Source of the DNA: Octopus bimaculoides
Lineage: Eukaryota
Assembly: GCF_001194135.2 (NCBI RefSeq)
Contig: NC_068993.1
Location: 27,396,637-27,454,090, forward strand
Direction: 5' to 3'
Length of the DNA stretch: 57,454 bases
The position numbers and the translations under genes were made by a program. Below are positions 25,450-37,039 of the stretch, piece after piece. The notes under the pieces are model-generated. The model did no database searches. It was not told the DNA's origin and saw only the letters and a program-made list of their open reading frames with translations. Numbering within the stretch: position 1 is the stretch's first letter; each line of letters begins with the position of its first letter.

Positions 25450-26750
25450 AAAATGGACTATATACCTGTTGTGATTTAGTTATCCATAGTCCGATGATAT
25501 TTCGAAATACAATTCCTTCTTCAGATATTCTTAGATGGAGTCGCTGATATAATCTGTTTTCCAACGGCTTTTCTTTTTTCGGAAGCGTCTCAGCAGTGGT
25601 CTCACGAAGCTCCTTCTGGAATTCCTCATGAGAAGTGCGTGGGGTCGGCTATGTCCCAATCTCGTGTGTGTTGGTACATTTGTAGCGCTGCTTCTAAGTT
25701 ATGTATTATATGTGCAGCTTCCTGTTTTTTCTCCCTTTTTTTCTCCCTCTTCTCTTTTTTTTTGTTATAAACAATAGATGAGCATATCAAAAATGAACCT
25801 ACATGCATCCAGATGTAGCTATATAATATATTGATTACCAACCCGTTGTTAATTTAGGGTCCTAGTCTGTGTGTGAGTATAGCTTCCTTAATTCTTAAAT
25901 TACCCAAATTTCTTTCATTGGCCTCAGTTATGACTGTTATGCTTTTGTCAGTGTTCCGGCATCTGTCTAGATGTTTTCTGAAGGAGAAGGCTCTCGTGTT
26001 CAGATGTTCTTTGATGCGGACGTGTAACAGTGTTGTTGTGCTACCCACATAGAACTTGTTGCATTTGTTACATTGTATTCAATACACAACATTTACCCGT
26101 TGGCATACATCTGTGTCACGGATGGGACAATTTGTTAGTGTGCATTGATTGTTGTCCCTTGTTCGTTTCTTTGCGAGGTGTTCTCTCAGAGAGGGGCCGG
26201 AGTGGGCTAGTTGTATGTTTAGCCCTTTTCTTATGGCTCTTCGGATGGCTGTAGTTATCCTCTCGCTAAAATGGGGTATTTTAAGGAAGCATGTGTTGCT
26301 GGGTTTTCTATGTATTCGGCGTGTTGGTCGTCTTGGGTACTTAAGCCGATTTACAATGGATCTAGGATGCCCGTTGGTTTTCAATATATTTAGGAAGCGT
26401 GTAGTGTGGGTTACCTTGTCCTTGGTTCTGATGCACTTGCCTTGGATGCGTGCAAGTTCATTTCTGGCATATCCTATTTTAGCACCGAGTGGAGGTGCTG
26501 AATTGTATTGGACAAACATATCTCTACTGGCTGCTTTTCTGTAGAACTTGTTGTGGATCTCCCCTTCTTCTGTTATATTCAGTTTGAAGTCAATTAATCA
26601 TAATGATCCAGTGATGTTGGGATGTTCTATAGTGAACTTTATGTTCATGTCCATGTTACTGAACGTCGTGAATATTCTCCCAGCCTCTTCACGGGAGGTT
26701 GTGAGTATGAGGATGTCATCTACGTACCTGGTGAAGAAGGCGCATGAGGG
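25450..26750 (-). mobile_element. PLE family B (Penelope/Poseidon-like), 5'-truncated RT plus GIY-YIG
   Basis: FTRYVDDILI (RT catalytic motif intact), IKFTIEHP, CPIRDTDVCQRVNVVY..CNKCNKFYVGSTTTLLHVRIKEH..LRIKEAI. Confidence 0.88.
25493..25527 (-). ncRNA. Minimal hammerhead ribozyme motif (PLE family B 3' end)
   Basis: CTGAAGA-A-GGAAT-tgt-ATTTC-GAAA-T-ATC-ATC. Core intact, stem II 5 bp with one G-U, palindromic ATAT stem III, stem I only 2 bp. Confidence 0.5.
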
Positions 26751-26754
26751 GCAG

Positions 26755-26985
26755 GTGTGTGTGTGTATATGTTTGTGTGTCTGTGTTCGTCCCTAATCAT
26801 CGCTTGACAACCGATGCTTGTGTGTTTACGTCCCCGTAACTTAGCGGTTCGGCAAAAGAGACCGATAGAATAAGTACTAGGCTTACAAAGAATATGTCAT
26901 GGGGTCGATTTCTTCGAGTAAAGGCGGTGGTCCAGCATAGCCATAGCCAAATGACTGAAACAAGTAAATGAGTAAAAGAGTAATG
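26755..26985 (+). mobile_element. Octopus-type SINE, tail half
   Basis: Resumes in the (TG) tract: CATCGCTTGACAACCGATGC..AAGTACTAGGCTTACAAAGAAT..GACTGAAACAAGTAAA, collinear with the SINE at 1650-1820. Confidence 0.85.
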
Positions 26986-27559
26986 ACATAATGTAATACG
27001 TGTGTTCAGGTTGGTTTACCGCTAAAATTCCGGCTTGAACAGTAGCTGAAACAAATATGTTGCTGAAGCTGCCTATCAAAGATAGCCATAAGTGGTTCAT
27101 CATTGAATTGGTAGATATATATTAGAAAGAGAGATGGACAAGTAAAATATGTGGTATCACTTTAGAGAATGTAATCTATAGTTGAAACGTAATTGTAGAG
27201 TAGTTATAGTAAATAAGGGATTAAGAAATTATAGGTAAAGTTTCTTACAGTCGTTTCTAGAATAGCTGAGCTTATGTCATTGAGCAAAGCTTTGCATGAA
27301 AGCCAACTATTCCGTTTTTAGAGAAAAACAACTAACGAATATCTTTAATAAAAGATATTAGTAGTTACCAATTCATCAGATATTTAAAGAACATACTGAG
27401 TGAAAGATAAAAGTGGTTAGCACTTTCATGATCAGAGAATTAAGGAAATCCTTAGTAAAAGATAATAACATTTCGTAGTTCCATATTTGAAGAACCAAGG
27501 AATACCCTTAGTAAAAAACAAAAGAAGTTACTAGTTCCATCTTTGAAGAGAAAGTTAAA

Positions 27560-28340
27560 CATTACAGGAAACCTTGTAAATCTCATAAAAGAACTTGCCG
27601 AAGACTGTGGTGCAGAAGTAAGTCAGCAGCTTAAACGAGTTAATTTCCCATCTGATACTATGCATAATGAAATCCAAGAGGCATATACTCATCAGTAAAG
27701 AAATTGAAGATTCCATGTTTATTGATGCTATATGTGATTGTTCTGACATGGAGCAAGAACCAGTTGTTATGTTTCTGAAAACCAAGATGTCCACGAAGAT
27801 TTTTTCAGCTTTTATAACCTGAATACATTTCAGAGACACTGACTAAGGCTATTTTGGATGTTCTTTGTTTTCTAAACATTTCTCTGGGCTCAAAATTATG
27901 CTGCTTTTGCCTTTGGTAGCATACAAAAGAGATTAAAAGACATGTTTCCTGGTACATATTTTATACACTGCGGAAAGCACTCTCTGGACCTTGTCCTCCA
28001 AGAAGTTGGATTTACAGTTGCCCTGATCACTGATGTATTGAACTTTGTTCACCAATACACCATTCTTCTGAAAGCGCTATGGACACGCCTTTGTGATGAG
28101 AATGTTGTCATGTTGCAAGCCTGTGTCTGTTGTCTCAAGCGAGAGAACGTTTAGCACACTTTGCTGTTTGAAGACCTGACTCCGAACCACAATGATGCAA
28201 CTCCGTCTGACACAGTGTGCTGTAATGTATGTACATAAAATCTTGAGCAACGAATAAACTTTGGACATTCTCTTGGAAAACTTCATTGTTAAAACGAGCG
28301 AGTGCACAAAATTTTTTAAAGTGATTTGAAGCATTACTTT
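27560..28340 (+). pseudogene. Decayed hAT transposase fragment (ZMYM1-like)
   Basis: CDCSDMEQ, QDVHEDFFSF, SETLTKAILDVL, QKRLKDMFPGTYFIHCGKHSLDLVLQEV (CxxH motif). Confidence 0.6.
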
Positions 28341-28489
28341 TCCATATATAATAATAAAAGATCTTACCTAAGTTTGTTTTGATATTAAGATAGAAAAAAA
28401 AAATCGGCAAATTTCGTTTCCGGGTCACTGGGTAAAGCATCGGAAGATGGAGGGAAGGGGAAATGGGTCACACATTCCAAAATAAATGT

Positions 28490-29190
28490 ATTCAACCGCG
28501 GCCCGTCGTAATGACCACAATAGCGTTGTCACGGAGAATGGCTTACGACACTCGTTGCCGCAGCCACTCCACCTCGAGGGACTTATTTAGACGAGCGGCC
28601 GTTATCTCGATTTTGCGGAGAAAATCAGTAGTACGGGGTCCAAGAACACCTGACAACTGATAGCAGCCGGTGGGGTTCTTGTATTTATTCATTTTTCTCT
28701 TCTGCGTTACGGGCAGCGAAACCTGGGTTTGTAGCCGATGCAGCAAGGCTGGAGCCGGAGAACATGTCGTTGCACGTCGCATCCCAGATTAGGGACCTTC
28801 CTCCCTCGAACGGGGCGAAAGTAATTCCATCGAGGCACTTACTGTCAGTGCGGTCGAGGCCTTTTGGCTCCAGCTGAGACGGAAAACTAACCACGTCGTG
28901 GCCTCTTCTAATTATGTCCTGCGTGTTAAGAGAATCGACCCGCGCTAATCCTGCAGGTTAATGGATGTTGGCCGAATTCATCTACTACCACTTCACAATG
29001 GCATTTGTGCGGCTCGCACACGCGGAGACCGAGGCATTGGGCCCCTCCAGTACAAATGCGCTCATCAACTAGAAGAGTACCGGTTGATGAAGCGGGTCCC
29101 GAATTGAGTCATGTACCACTATTTGGCTGCGAGGTGCAGCAGGTTGCATAATGTCTTTGAGACCTTCCATCTTCGTCGTTAGCTCCAAAT
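28490..29190 (-). mobile_element. CRE-like non-LTR retrotransposon C-terminal fragment (CCHC plus RLE)
   Basis: GLRVCEPHKCHCEVVVDEFGQHPLTCRISAGRF; PSQLEPKGLDRTDSKCLDGITFAPFEGGRSLIWDATC; GVLGPRTTDFLRKI..WLRQRVS*AILRDNA. Confidence 0.75.
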
Positions 29191-30235
29191 GTAGTCTACT
29201 TGTTGTTTAACATACACAAATGAAACAGACAAATTTAAAACTTCATAGAAGATTGAGAAAAGGGTAAGTGTTGTTATTCTGAAAACCAGGAAAAACGGTA
29301 GTATAGAAATTGAAATTTTGAGAAAAAATAGTTTCAGAGGGTTGTAATATTGTAATTTCTGTATTTAAAATGTACAATTATAAACAATTGCAGTCTTCGC
29401 TTTTAAAAACGTAGGAATCCGAAGAATTTTTGAGAGAAAAAAAATTGAGTTGGTGTGGAATGAGTTCTCCCCAAATTTAACGATAATCATATTTACATAC
29501 GTGATATGAAAACTGATCTGTAGTTGCGTCAAGTCTGCAGATAAATGTAGTTTTACTAATGACATTTCGTAAGCCTTTTTTTTTAATACTCGCTGAGTAG
29601 TCCGTCGTTGCCGGGTCATTTTTCACAAGAGAACACCTTTATTTCAATTATTTTTTTTCTTACATGTGTGACCGAGATTTTCTTCACGGATAAACATATT
29701 GATCAGGACAGATTTCTGCATCATCTGAGGCAATTTATAACGTCTCTAAAGACGAATTATTTTGTTTTTCCATTTAGTGCATAGATGTAAAGATTTCTTT
29801 TTACTTCCTACTCCTGAACATCCAACCATGAGTTAAGCAGAGGTCATCAAATATGTAAACCAGCAACCGAAAATGTTTGCTCTTACGATTTGTTGATACT
29901 CATGGCAAAATTTAGATCACTGAAAACTGAAGACTTATGAATTGAAATAGGACATTGTCTCTCGAGTCTGTGCGATGGAGGTTCTTGTGTGTTTAACATA
30001 TGATCGATACATCCTATGCTCGGGGCTCTCCTGAGAACGAGCTACGAGGACTCGTGTTCGCATGACATCAATTCTATTCCTTCTCTGTTCAGGTGCCTCC
30101 TGGGCTCGCCGCTGGTGCTTTGTGAGGGTCTTTCAACTCTGTCAACCTAATGAAATTTTTTACACATGCATACGCACATGCTGGCACACAACACTCTCTA
30201 TCCTTCTGTCTCTCTCACGCACATGCGCGCTCGCG

Positions 30236-30239
<4 letters not shown>

Positions 30240-30291
<52 letters not shown>
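30240..30291. repeat. (CA)n microsatellite
   Basis: Direct reading. Confidence 0.95.
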
Positions 30292-30292
<1 letters not shown>

Positions 30293-30693
30293 CGTGAGCG
30301 ATATATATACACAGAGAAAGAGTGACAGAGTGTGGTAAATGCAGTCACAGATTTTGAAATTTCGAAATTAAGTGAAAATTTTCAAATTTGGCATACTGGT
30401 GTAATTTTTGACGCTGAATCCGATTTTGTGATTTAATTATACCATATAAGTTTTCAAAAAATGTTTACAGAGGTTTCAAATTTGACAATTTTTAACCAAT
30501 CAGTTAACAGGATTTGGAAGCTAACATCTGCGTGATAACAGTCTATCACAAATGAAAGTAAAAACATTACAACGACGAAGTTTTGAACAAAAGGAAAGTA
30601 ATTACATGTCAAATCAAGATACGAAACGACTGGACAAGCGAAAGAAGGGCACTCAACTAATTTATTGGGAGTTACATGTTTGATTCAAATTCG

Positions 30694-30736
30694 CTGGTAT
30701 TTTTGAGTTTTAAGCGTGATGCTAGTCGTCAGCCAT
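30694..30736 (-). ncRNA. Decayed hammerhead motif, PLE family C inverted pLTR
   Basis: TGG-CTGACGA-CTAGCATCACGCTT-AAAAC-TCAAAAATA-CCA. GAAAC and the GTC cleavage site are lost relative to the 36022 copy. Confidence 0.45.
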
Positions 30737-32727
30737 TTTGAATTCGAATAACAGAAGTTGATTGTTATTACCGTAAGGTGGGCTGCGAATGGTCGATTAA
30801 GGTCACACGGTGGTTTGATGTTGGTATATGGGTAACAGTAAGTTGGAAAATACCGCATGGCGGACAGGTAATTGACCACCTGGATGACAAGAAAAAGAGC
30901 ACTTGACGATTAGAAATCGGTCAGGTTGTTGGGGGAAGCAAGAAGGAGTGGCATATGAAAGTATGTAGTTCTATAAGTGGGTGTACAGATGCGCTAATGT
31001 AGTTTTGCGTGCATGTGTATATTGATGCGAGTGTGCGCATCTGTACATGGAGGCGCGCGCGCTCGTCAGCACACACATACACATACGCTTGGAAGGACAC
31101 GCACGCGCGCACGCACACACACATACGCACGTATATGCACACATGCACAGACACACGCATTCACAAACATGCGTATTCATTCATATGTGCATATGTATAT
31201 TCGCATGCATGTACGCATGCATACCTGTGTGCGCGCATGTGGGCAACCATCAAACACGCTCTCCTCACCCCAAAAGGATTAGGAAAAGGAGAATTATATG
31301 GTATAAACTCCCTTTTAACCTTGAAGTTTCCACCAACGTAGTGAGGGCTTCTTGTCGTTAATTGAGAAACACTCACCCCAGAGGCCATAAGTATTACAAA
31401 CTCTTCAACCCTCATAATGTTAAGGTGAGCTACTCTTACTTAGACAACATCGCATCTAACATCACACGCATCAACAGACGTAAAAATGCACCAACACCAC
31501 CCCCAACCCTAACCTGCAACTGCCAAGACCCCACCATGTGCCCTCTAGCAGGATCTTGTCTCTCAAGACCATAGTATACAGAGCCACCCTTACACCATCC
31601 GATGGCATTACTAGGCACTATACGGATATGAAAGCCAATGACTTCAAGGGAAGATACTCCCAGCATATGCACTCGTTCAGATCTAGGGACAGATAGAACT
31701 CTACTTCTCTGTCTCGTTTTCTCTGGAGACTCCTTGACCTCCAAAACGAAGCACCTAGCATCAAGTGAACTATTGTCGACAGAGCGCCACCATATTCTCC
31801 ATATTCTAACTGCCAGCTCTACCTCCGCAATAAAACTGCATATCCTCCAACAACCCGTAGTATCCATCAACAAGAAATACGATTTATCGTATTGCTGTCA
31901 CCAGAGATATGCCCTTCTGGCAAATTTCAAGCCTCTAACTACCGACAACCCGGATATACCACCTTAGCACCAGCTGCTACTCTGCACAGCCTGAACCGAG
32001 GCCACTGCTATCAACCCCATGAGCAGGACCATCATTTACCCATCCCCAACGTTTACTAGCCCACGACGCATACCAGTCTCCAACGCTTACCAATTCCCAA
32101 CGCTTATCAATCCCAACGTTTGTTTTGAATGTGTATACTCGCATGCGCGCGCGTGCCCATGTACATGTGCACGTGCATCCGTATGTGCGCGCATACGGGT
32201 ATGCACCCGTACATGCATGCGAATATATATATGCAGATATGAATGAATACGCATGTGTGTATGCGCGTATTCGTGTGCATGTATGTGCGTGTGCGTGTGC
32301 GTGTTTGTCCAAACGTGTATGTGTGTGTGTGTGTGTTTGCTTGTATGTGTGTGTGCGTGTGTGGCTATGCTGACGTGCGCTACCCATGTACAGATGCGCA
32401 CACTCGTATCAATATACACATGCACGCAAAATTATATGAGTGTGTCTGCACACCAACATACCCACATATAGAACTATATACTTGCACATGCCGCCCCTTC
32501 CTACTCCCGTCTGACCGATTTCTAATCGCTATGTGCTCTACTTTCTGTCCTCCACGTGTTCCATTTCTTGTTCTCCACGTGCTCAATTTCCTGTTCGCCA
32601 TGCTGTGTTTTCCAACTAACTGTTACCTGTATACCAACATCAAACCACGACATTGCGAGACCTTCCTTGACTAATCACAGCCCACCTTACGGTTATAACA
32701 ATCAGCTTCTGTCATTCAAATTCAAAA

Positions 32728-32767
32728 TCGCTGAAGACTAGCATCACACTTGAAACTCGGAGTCCCA
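32728..32767 (+). ncRNA. Hammerhead motif, PLE family C copy 1 pLTR
   Basis: TCG-CTGAAGA-CTAGCATCACACTT-GAAAC-TCGGA-GTC-CCA. Core and GUC site intact, stems I and II weakened. Confidence 0.55.
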
Positions 32768-32829
32768 ACGAACTTGAATCAAACTCTTTTGATACACACA
32801 CACACTGTCACATACATATATACACACGC

Positions 32830-33930
32830 ATACATAAATATAACATAAAAGTTAGAATAGATCGGCTTGTGGGCTTACCTTTGGTTTCACGTCCATAAAG
32901 CTTTTAGCTTTATGGCGCATCATCTCTAGTGAATGGCCTCTCTAGAGTATGGAGGAGGAAATGACCTCGCTACTCAATATTAACAACAAGGGATTGTCTC
33001 CTTTTAACTATCGATCACCAGTGACTCTGTTATCCTGTAGGTTCAAACAGGCCAGCAGGAATTTCTTGAAATGCAAGCACGGGCCGAAGATCTCCGTTCT
33101 GGAATTAAGGATGTTCCCCGGGTCGAGGGAGTCCTTTAGAATCCTCGCCCGTTTGCTATGCATAGTTTACAGCGCTTAGTTCATTTATGTAGGGGCCTGG
33201 ATTTTCTAGGATTCTCCATGATATTGGGTATGGAATCCCGTCCTCTTTTAGCTGCAATACATGGCTGGCTAATGACGTAACGTACTCCTTTCCGGTATCT
33301 TGAAGGAGGATCTGTGGCTGGAGAGGTGTTGTTTGAACGTATTCCCGGAACAGCCGATGTATCTCCGTGGCCGGGTGTTGGTATTGGTGTTGGCGTTGCT
33401 GCTACCACTGTTGTTGGTACTGGCGCTGTTGGTGTTGGCGTTAGTGCTGTTGATATTGGTGTCGTTTGAGGTGGCGATGGTGTTAGTGCCATTATCACTG
33501 GTGTTGGTAATATTGCTGTTGTTATTGTCATCGTCGTTGATGGAAGTGCTGTCACTGCTGTTGTAGATATCATTGGCGCTGGCTCTTCTGCTATTTCCTT
33601 TAGGGATACTGTCATTGTTTTCGATGTTGTTATTGTTGTTATCGCATACATCAGCGCTGTCGTTAGCACCCACCGCTACATCAAAGGAACCCGTGGAATC
33701 GAATTGCTTGACCCAGGTCGAACCTTTATTGAACAGCACTGTTTTCCTGGCTTGCATAATGACGTCTATATCCCTATCGCTAACGTCAGTGATATAGGAA
33801 AGTACCTTGACTAGTAACCCTTTTGATATAGATGGGTAAAAATCGACTACGTCAAACTGGGTGAACTTTTCCCAAGTTCACCCAGCTTGACATAGTCGAT
33901 TTTTGCCCGTGTATATCAAAAGAGTTACTA
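32830..33930 (-). mobile_element. PLE family E fragment with RT-to-EN deletion, Asn/Thr-rich linker and 5' foldback
   Basis: FTQFDVVDFYPSISKGLL..IMQARKTVLFNKGSTWVK..FDVAVGANDSADVCD fused in frame through an N/T-rich tract to RYIGCSGNTFKQHLSSHRSSF; KRCKLCI downstream. Confidence 0.8.
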
Positions 33931-33999
33931 AGCTTCTTAGAAATCACGCTTAGAAACTGCCACCTCAAAAGACACCAACAGCACCAACACCAACAGCAA

Positions 34000-36125
34000 T
34001 AAGATAAATCGTATTTCTTGTTGATGGATATTGCGGGTTGTTGTATTATATGCAGTTTTTTGCGGAGGCAGAACTGGCAGATAGGTGCGCCGGGTGAATA
34101 TGGTGGCGCTCTGTCGACATTAGTCCACTTGATGTTAGGTGTTTTGTCTCAGATGTCACAAATACTCCAGAGAAAACGAGACAGAGATGTAGAGTTCTCT
34201 TTGTTCCTGGATCTGAACGAGAGCATATGCTGGGAGTATCTTCCCCTGAAATCATTAGCTGTCATACCTGTATAGTACCTAGAAATCGGATGGTATAAGG
34301 TATAAAGATGGCTCTGTATACTACGGCCCTTGAGAGGAAGGGGAACATGGTGGGGTTTTGGAAGTTTCAGGTTGGGGTTGGGGTGAAGTGGGTGCAATTT
34401 TACGTCTGTTGATGCGTGTGATGTTAGATGTGATGTTGTCTAAGCAGGAGTAGCTCACCTTGACATTATTGGGGTTTAAGAATTTGTAATACTTGTGGGC
34501 CTCTAGAGAAGTGTTTATTAATTAACGACAGGAAGCCCTTAGCTACATTAATAGGATCGTCTAGGTTTTGTACCATATAATTTTCCTTTTCCTAGTCCTT
34601 TTGGTGTGAGGAGAGGGTGTTTGGGGCTTGTCCACATACGTGAGCTTCTCAGTCAACCCGCTCCTAGCCAAAGCATCGTTGTAGTGGGGGGCTGTTAAAG
34701 ATCTCTCTATTGGCCGAGAAATTAAATAGTCGTGGGTCAATACTTGAAACCAGGTTTCTAATTTTTCTAATAACAGCGGGTGATGGTCTGAGCTCTTGTA
34801 GGTGAGTACTGTTTCCTCGTTAGGCTTCTTATACGTGTAATACTTGTCTGTATTCAGCTCTAAGGTTACGTCGAAGAAATCGATGGTAGTCAGGTTGGTG
34901 ATAACTGTTATGGAAAGGCCGAACACTTTAATTCATTTATCAAGTCCTTCCTGAACCTTTCCATGGCGTTGCCGTTTATATAGCTTGAGATAACCAGCCC
35001 GTCGTACCTATAGAGGGCCGCCATATGTGGATGGGTACGTCTCTTGAGGGTATCCAAGATGTATAACTCGACGAGATCGGCGATTTCAGCCACGTCAAAG
35101 CTCCCCATAGATACATAAAACAATGGATCGCCTTCTTTCATCACCCAGAAGGAATCGTCGTTGACCAGAATTGACTTTCTGCCATTCATGATAATTCTGA
35201 TAGCAAAGATCACTAATGCTGGTGTATTGCTCAGCGGCCCCAACTGCCAGCTCTGCTTCTGCGAAAAATTGTACATCCTCAACCAACCTGCAGTATCCAT
35301 CAACAAGAAATACGATTTATCTTATGGCTGTCACCAGAGATATGCCCTTCTGGCAAATTTCAAGCCTCTGACTACCGACAACCCGGATATACCACCTTAG
35401 TACCAGCTGCTACTCTGTCCACCTGCACCAAGGTCACTGTCACCAATGAACCACATGAGAAGGACTGTTAATTACATATCCCCAACGCTTGTTATGCGCA
35501 TGTATACTCATGCATGCACGCGCGCGTGTACGCATGTGCACATGCATGTATGTGTGCGCACACTGGTATGCATGCGTATACACACGTGTACATATAAACG
35601 AATACTCATGTGTGTGTGCGTACATGTGTATGCATGTGTGTGTATACGCATGAATGTGCACCTGCGCGCACTCATGTTCGTTCACACTTGTTGTGGGGGT
35701 GCGTGCTCGCCCATGTTCAGATGCGCACGTTCACACCAATACAGACATGCACGTAAAACAATATTAGCGCGTCCACATACCCACATATACAACTATATAC
35801 TTGCACATACCACCCCTCCCTACTTTCCCTCCAACAACCCGACCAATTTCCAGTCCACCACGCAGTCGATTTACTGTCCACCATGCGGTATTTTCCAACT
35901 AGCTGTTGTCGCTGATATACCGATATACTAACATCAAACCACGACACCACGTGACCTTAATCGACCATTCGCAGCCCACTTTACGGTAATAACAATCAAC
36001 AACTTTCATTCAAATTCAAAATGGCTGAAGACTAGCATCACGCTTGAAACTCGGAGTCCCAACGAATTTGAATCAAACTGTTTTGATCCATACATGTAAT
36101 TCTCAATAAATTGGTTGAGTGCTCG
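34000..36125 (-). mobile_element. PLE family C, copy 2: RT and EN on minus (34000-35230) with inverted pLTR (35230-36125, +)
   Basis: GRKSILVNDDSFW..FYVSMGSFDVAEIADLVELY..LYRYDGL (catalytic YRDD altered)..IDFFDVTLEL..KKPN..RKRKIIWY. 34010-34590 is a reverse-complement homologue of 31270-31890. Confidence 0.88.
36022..36061 (+). ncRNA. Minimal type I hammerhead ribozyme, best-preserved PLE family C copy
   Basis: TGG-CTGAAGA-CT.AGC-ATCAC-GCT.T-GAAAC-TCGGA-GTC-CCA. Stem I TGG/CCA, quasi-palindromic stem III ACTC-G-GAGT, predicted cleavage after C36058. Confidence 0.62.
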
Positions 36126-36799
36126 TCTTTCGTTTCTCCACTCTCTCGTATATACACACACGCGCGCCCGTATGTGTAATTCATGAAATACAATGGAACA
36201 TCGAAAAAACAATAACGAATCTATTCAGTCTTGATAAATTTTGGCTGGGTCGCTTCGTCATTGGAGAATATTTCTTCTTATGTGTTCATTACATTTTACC
36301 TATTTAAAGTTATTCATAAGACTGGCAGTACGTGTACTCTGATGTAATAAGTATCATGGGGATATCAAACAATACAGGAATTAACTTTGATTTTCATTAA
36401 TCCAAGATCAATAAAATACGTACAAGCAATCAATACGGACTGATTCAAGCGCAAGCATGTCCCGCAACATTGAGAAACTCAATGTCTATTCACATATCCT
36501 ACATATGTGTGGGAAAAATCATAAAATAATATCAATATGACAAAGAAAATTAACTATATCACTGGAATCCGAGGGTATGTTGTGAAAATCTAACAAAAAT
36601 TCAGATTAACAAATGAATAGACTGCTGTCGCCAGATATATAAAGATATACGTGCGTTACGTGCTGTAACAACACTTTTAATTAAAAACAGAACGTAACTG
36701 ACACAAACTTATTTACATATACATGTAGCAAAATTTTATATATGAATATATCTCCTCAAACATTTGACTACATATTTTTATGCATACATATATTTACGC

Positions 36800-36849
<50 letters not shown>

Positions 36850-37039
36850 NNNNNNNNNNNNNNNNNNNNNNNNNNNNNNNNNNNNNNNNNNNNNNNNNNN
36901 NNNNNNNNNNNNNNNNNNNNNNNNNNNNNNNNNNNNNNNNNNNNNNNNNNNNNNNNNNNNNNNNNNNNNNNNNNNNNNNNNNNNNNNNNNNNNNNNNNNN
37001 NNNNNNNNNNNNNNNNNNNNNNNNNNNNNNNNNNNNNNN

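Larger units (their letters stand above)
30640..32800 (+). mobile_element. PLE family C (Neptune-like), copy 1: inverted pLTR (30640-31255, -) then endonuclease and pLTR (31256-32800, +)
   Basis: RKRRIIWYKLPFN..KLFNPHNVKVSYS..CNCQDPTMCPLAGSCL..FKGRYSQHMHSF..NSTSLSRFLW..INKKYDLSYCCH. 30640-30900 is the reverse complement of the pLTR at about 35860-36125. Confidence 0.88.

Noticed and set aside
30921-32674. Many overlapping His/Thr- or Cys/Val-rich ORFs (also 35440-35950, 42400-43400, 48714-49875, 56852-57097)
   Set aside because: Translations of stop-free simple repeats.
33812-33930. ADAR A-to-G signature between hairpin arms
   Set aside because: The six mismatches are mixed in direction and include a transversion.
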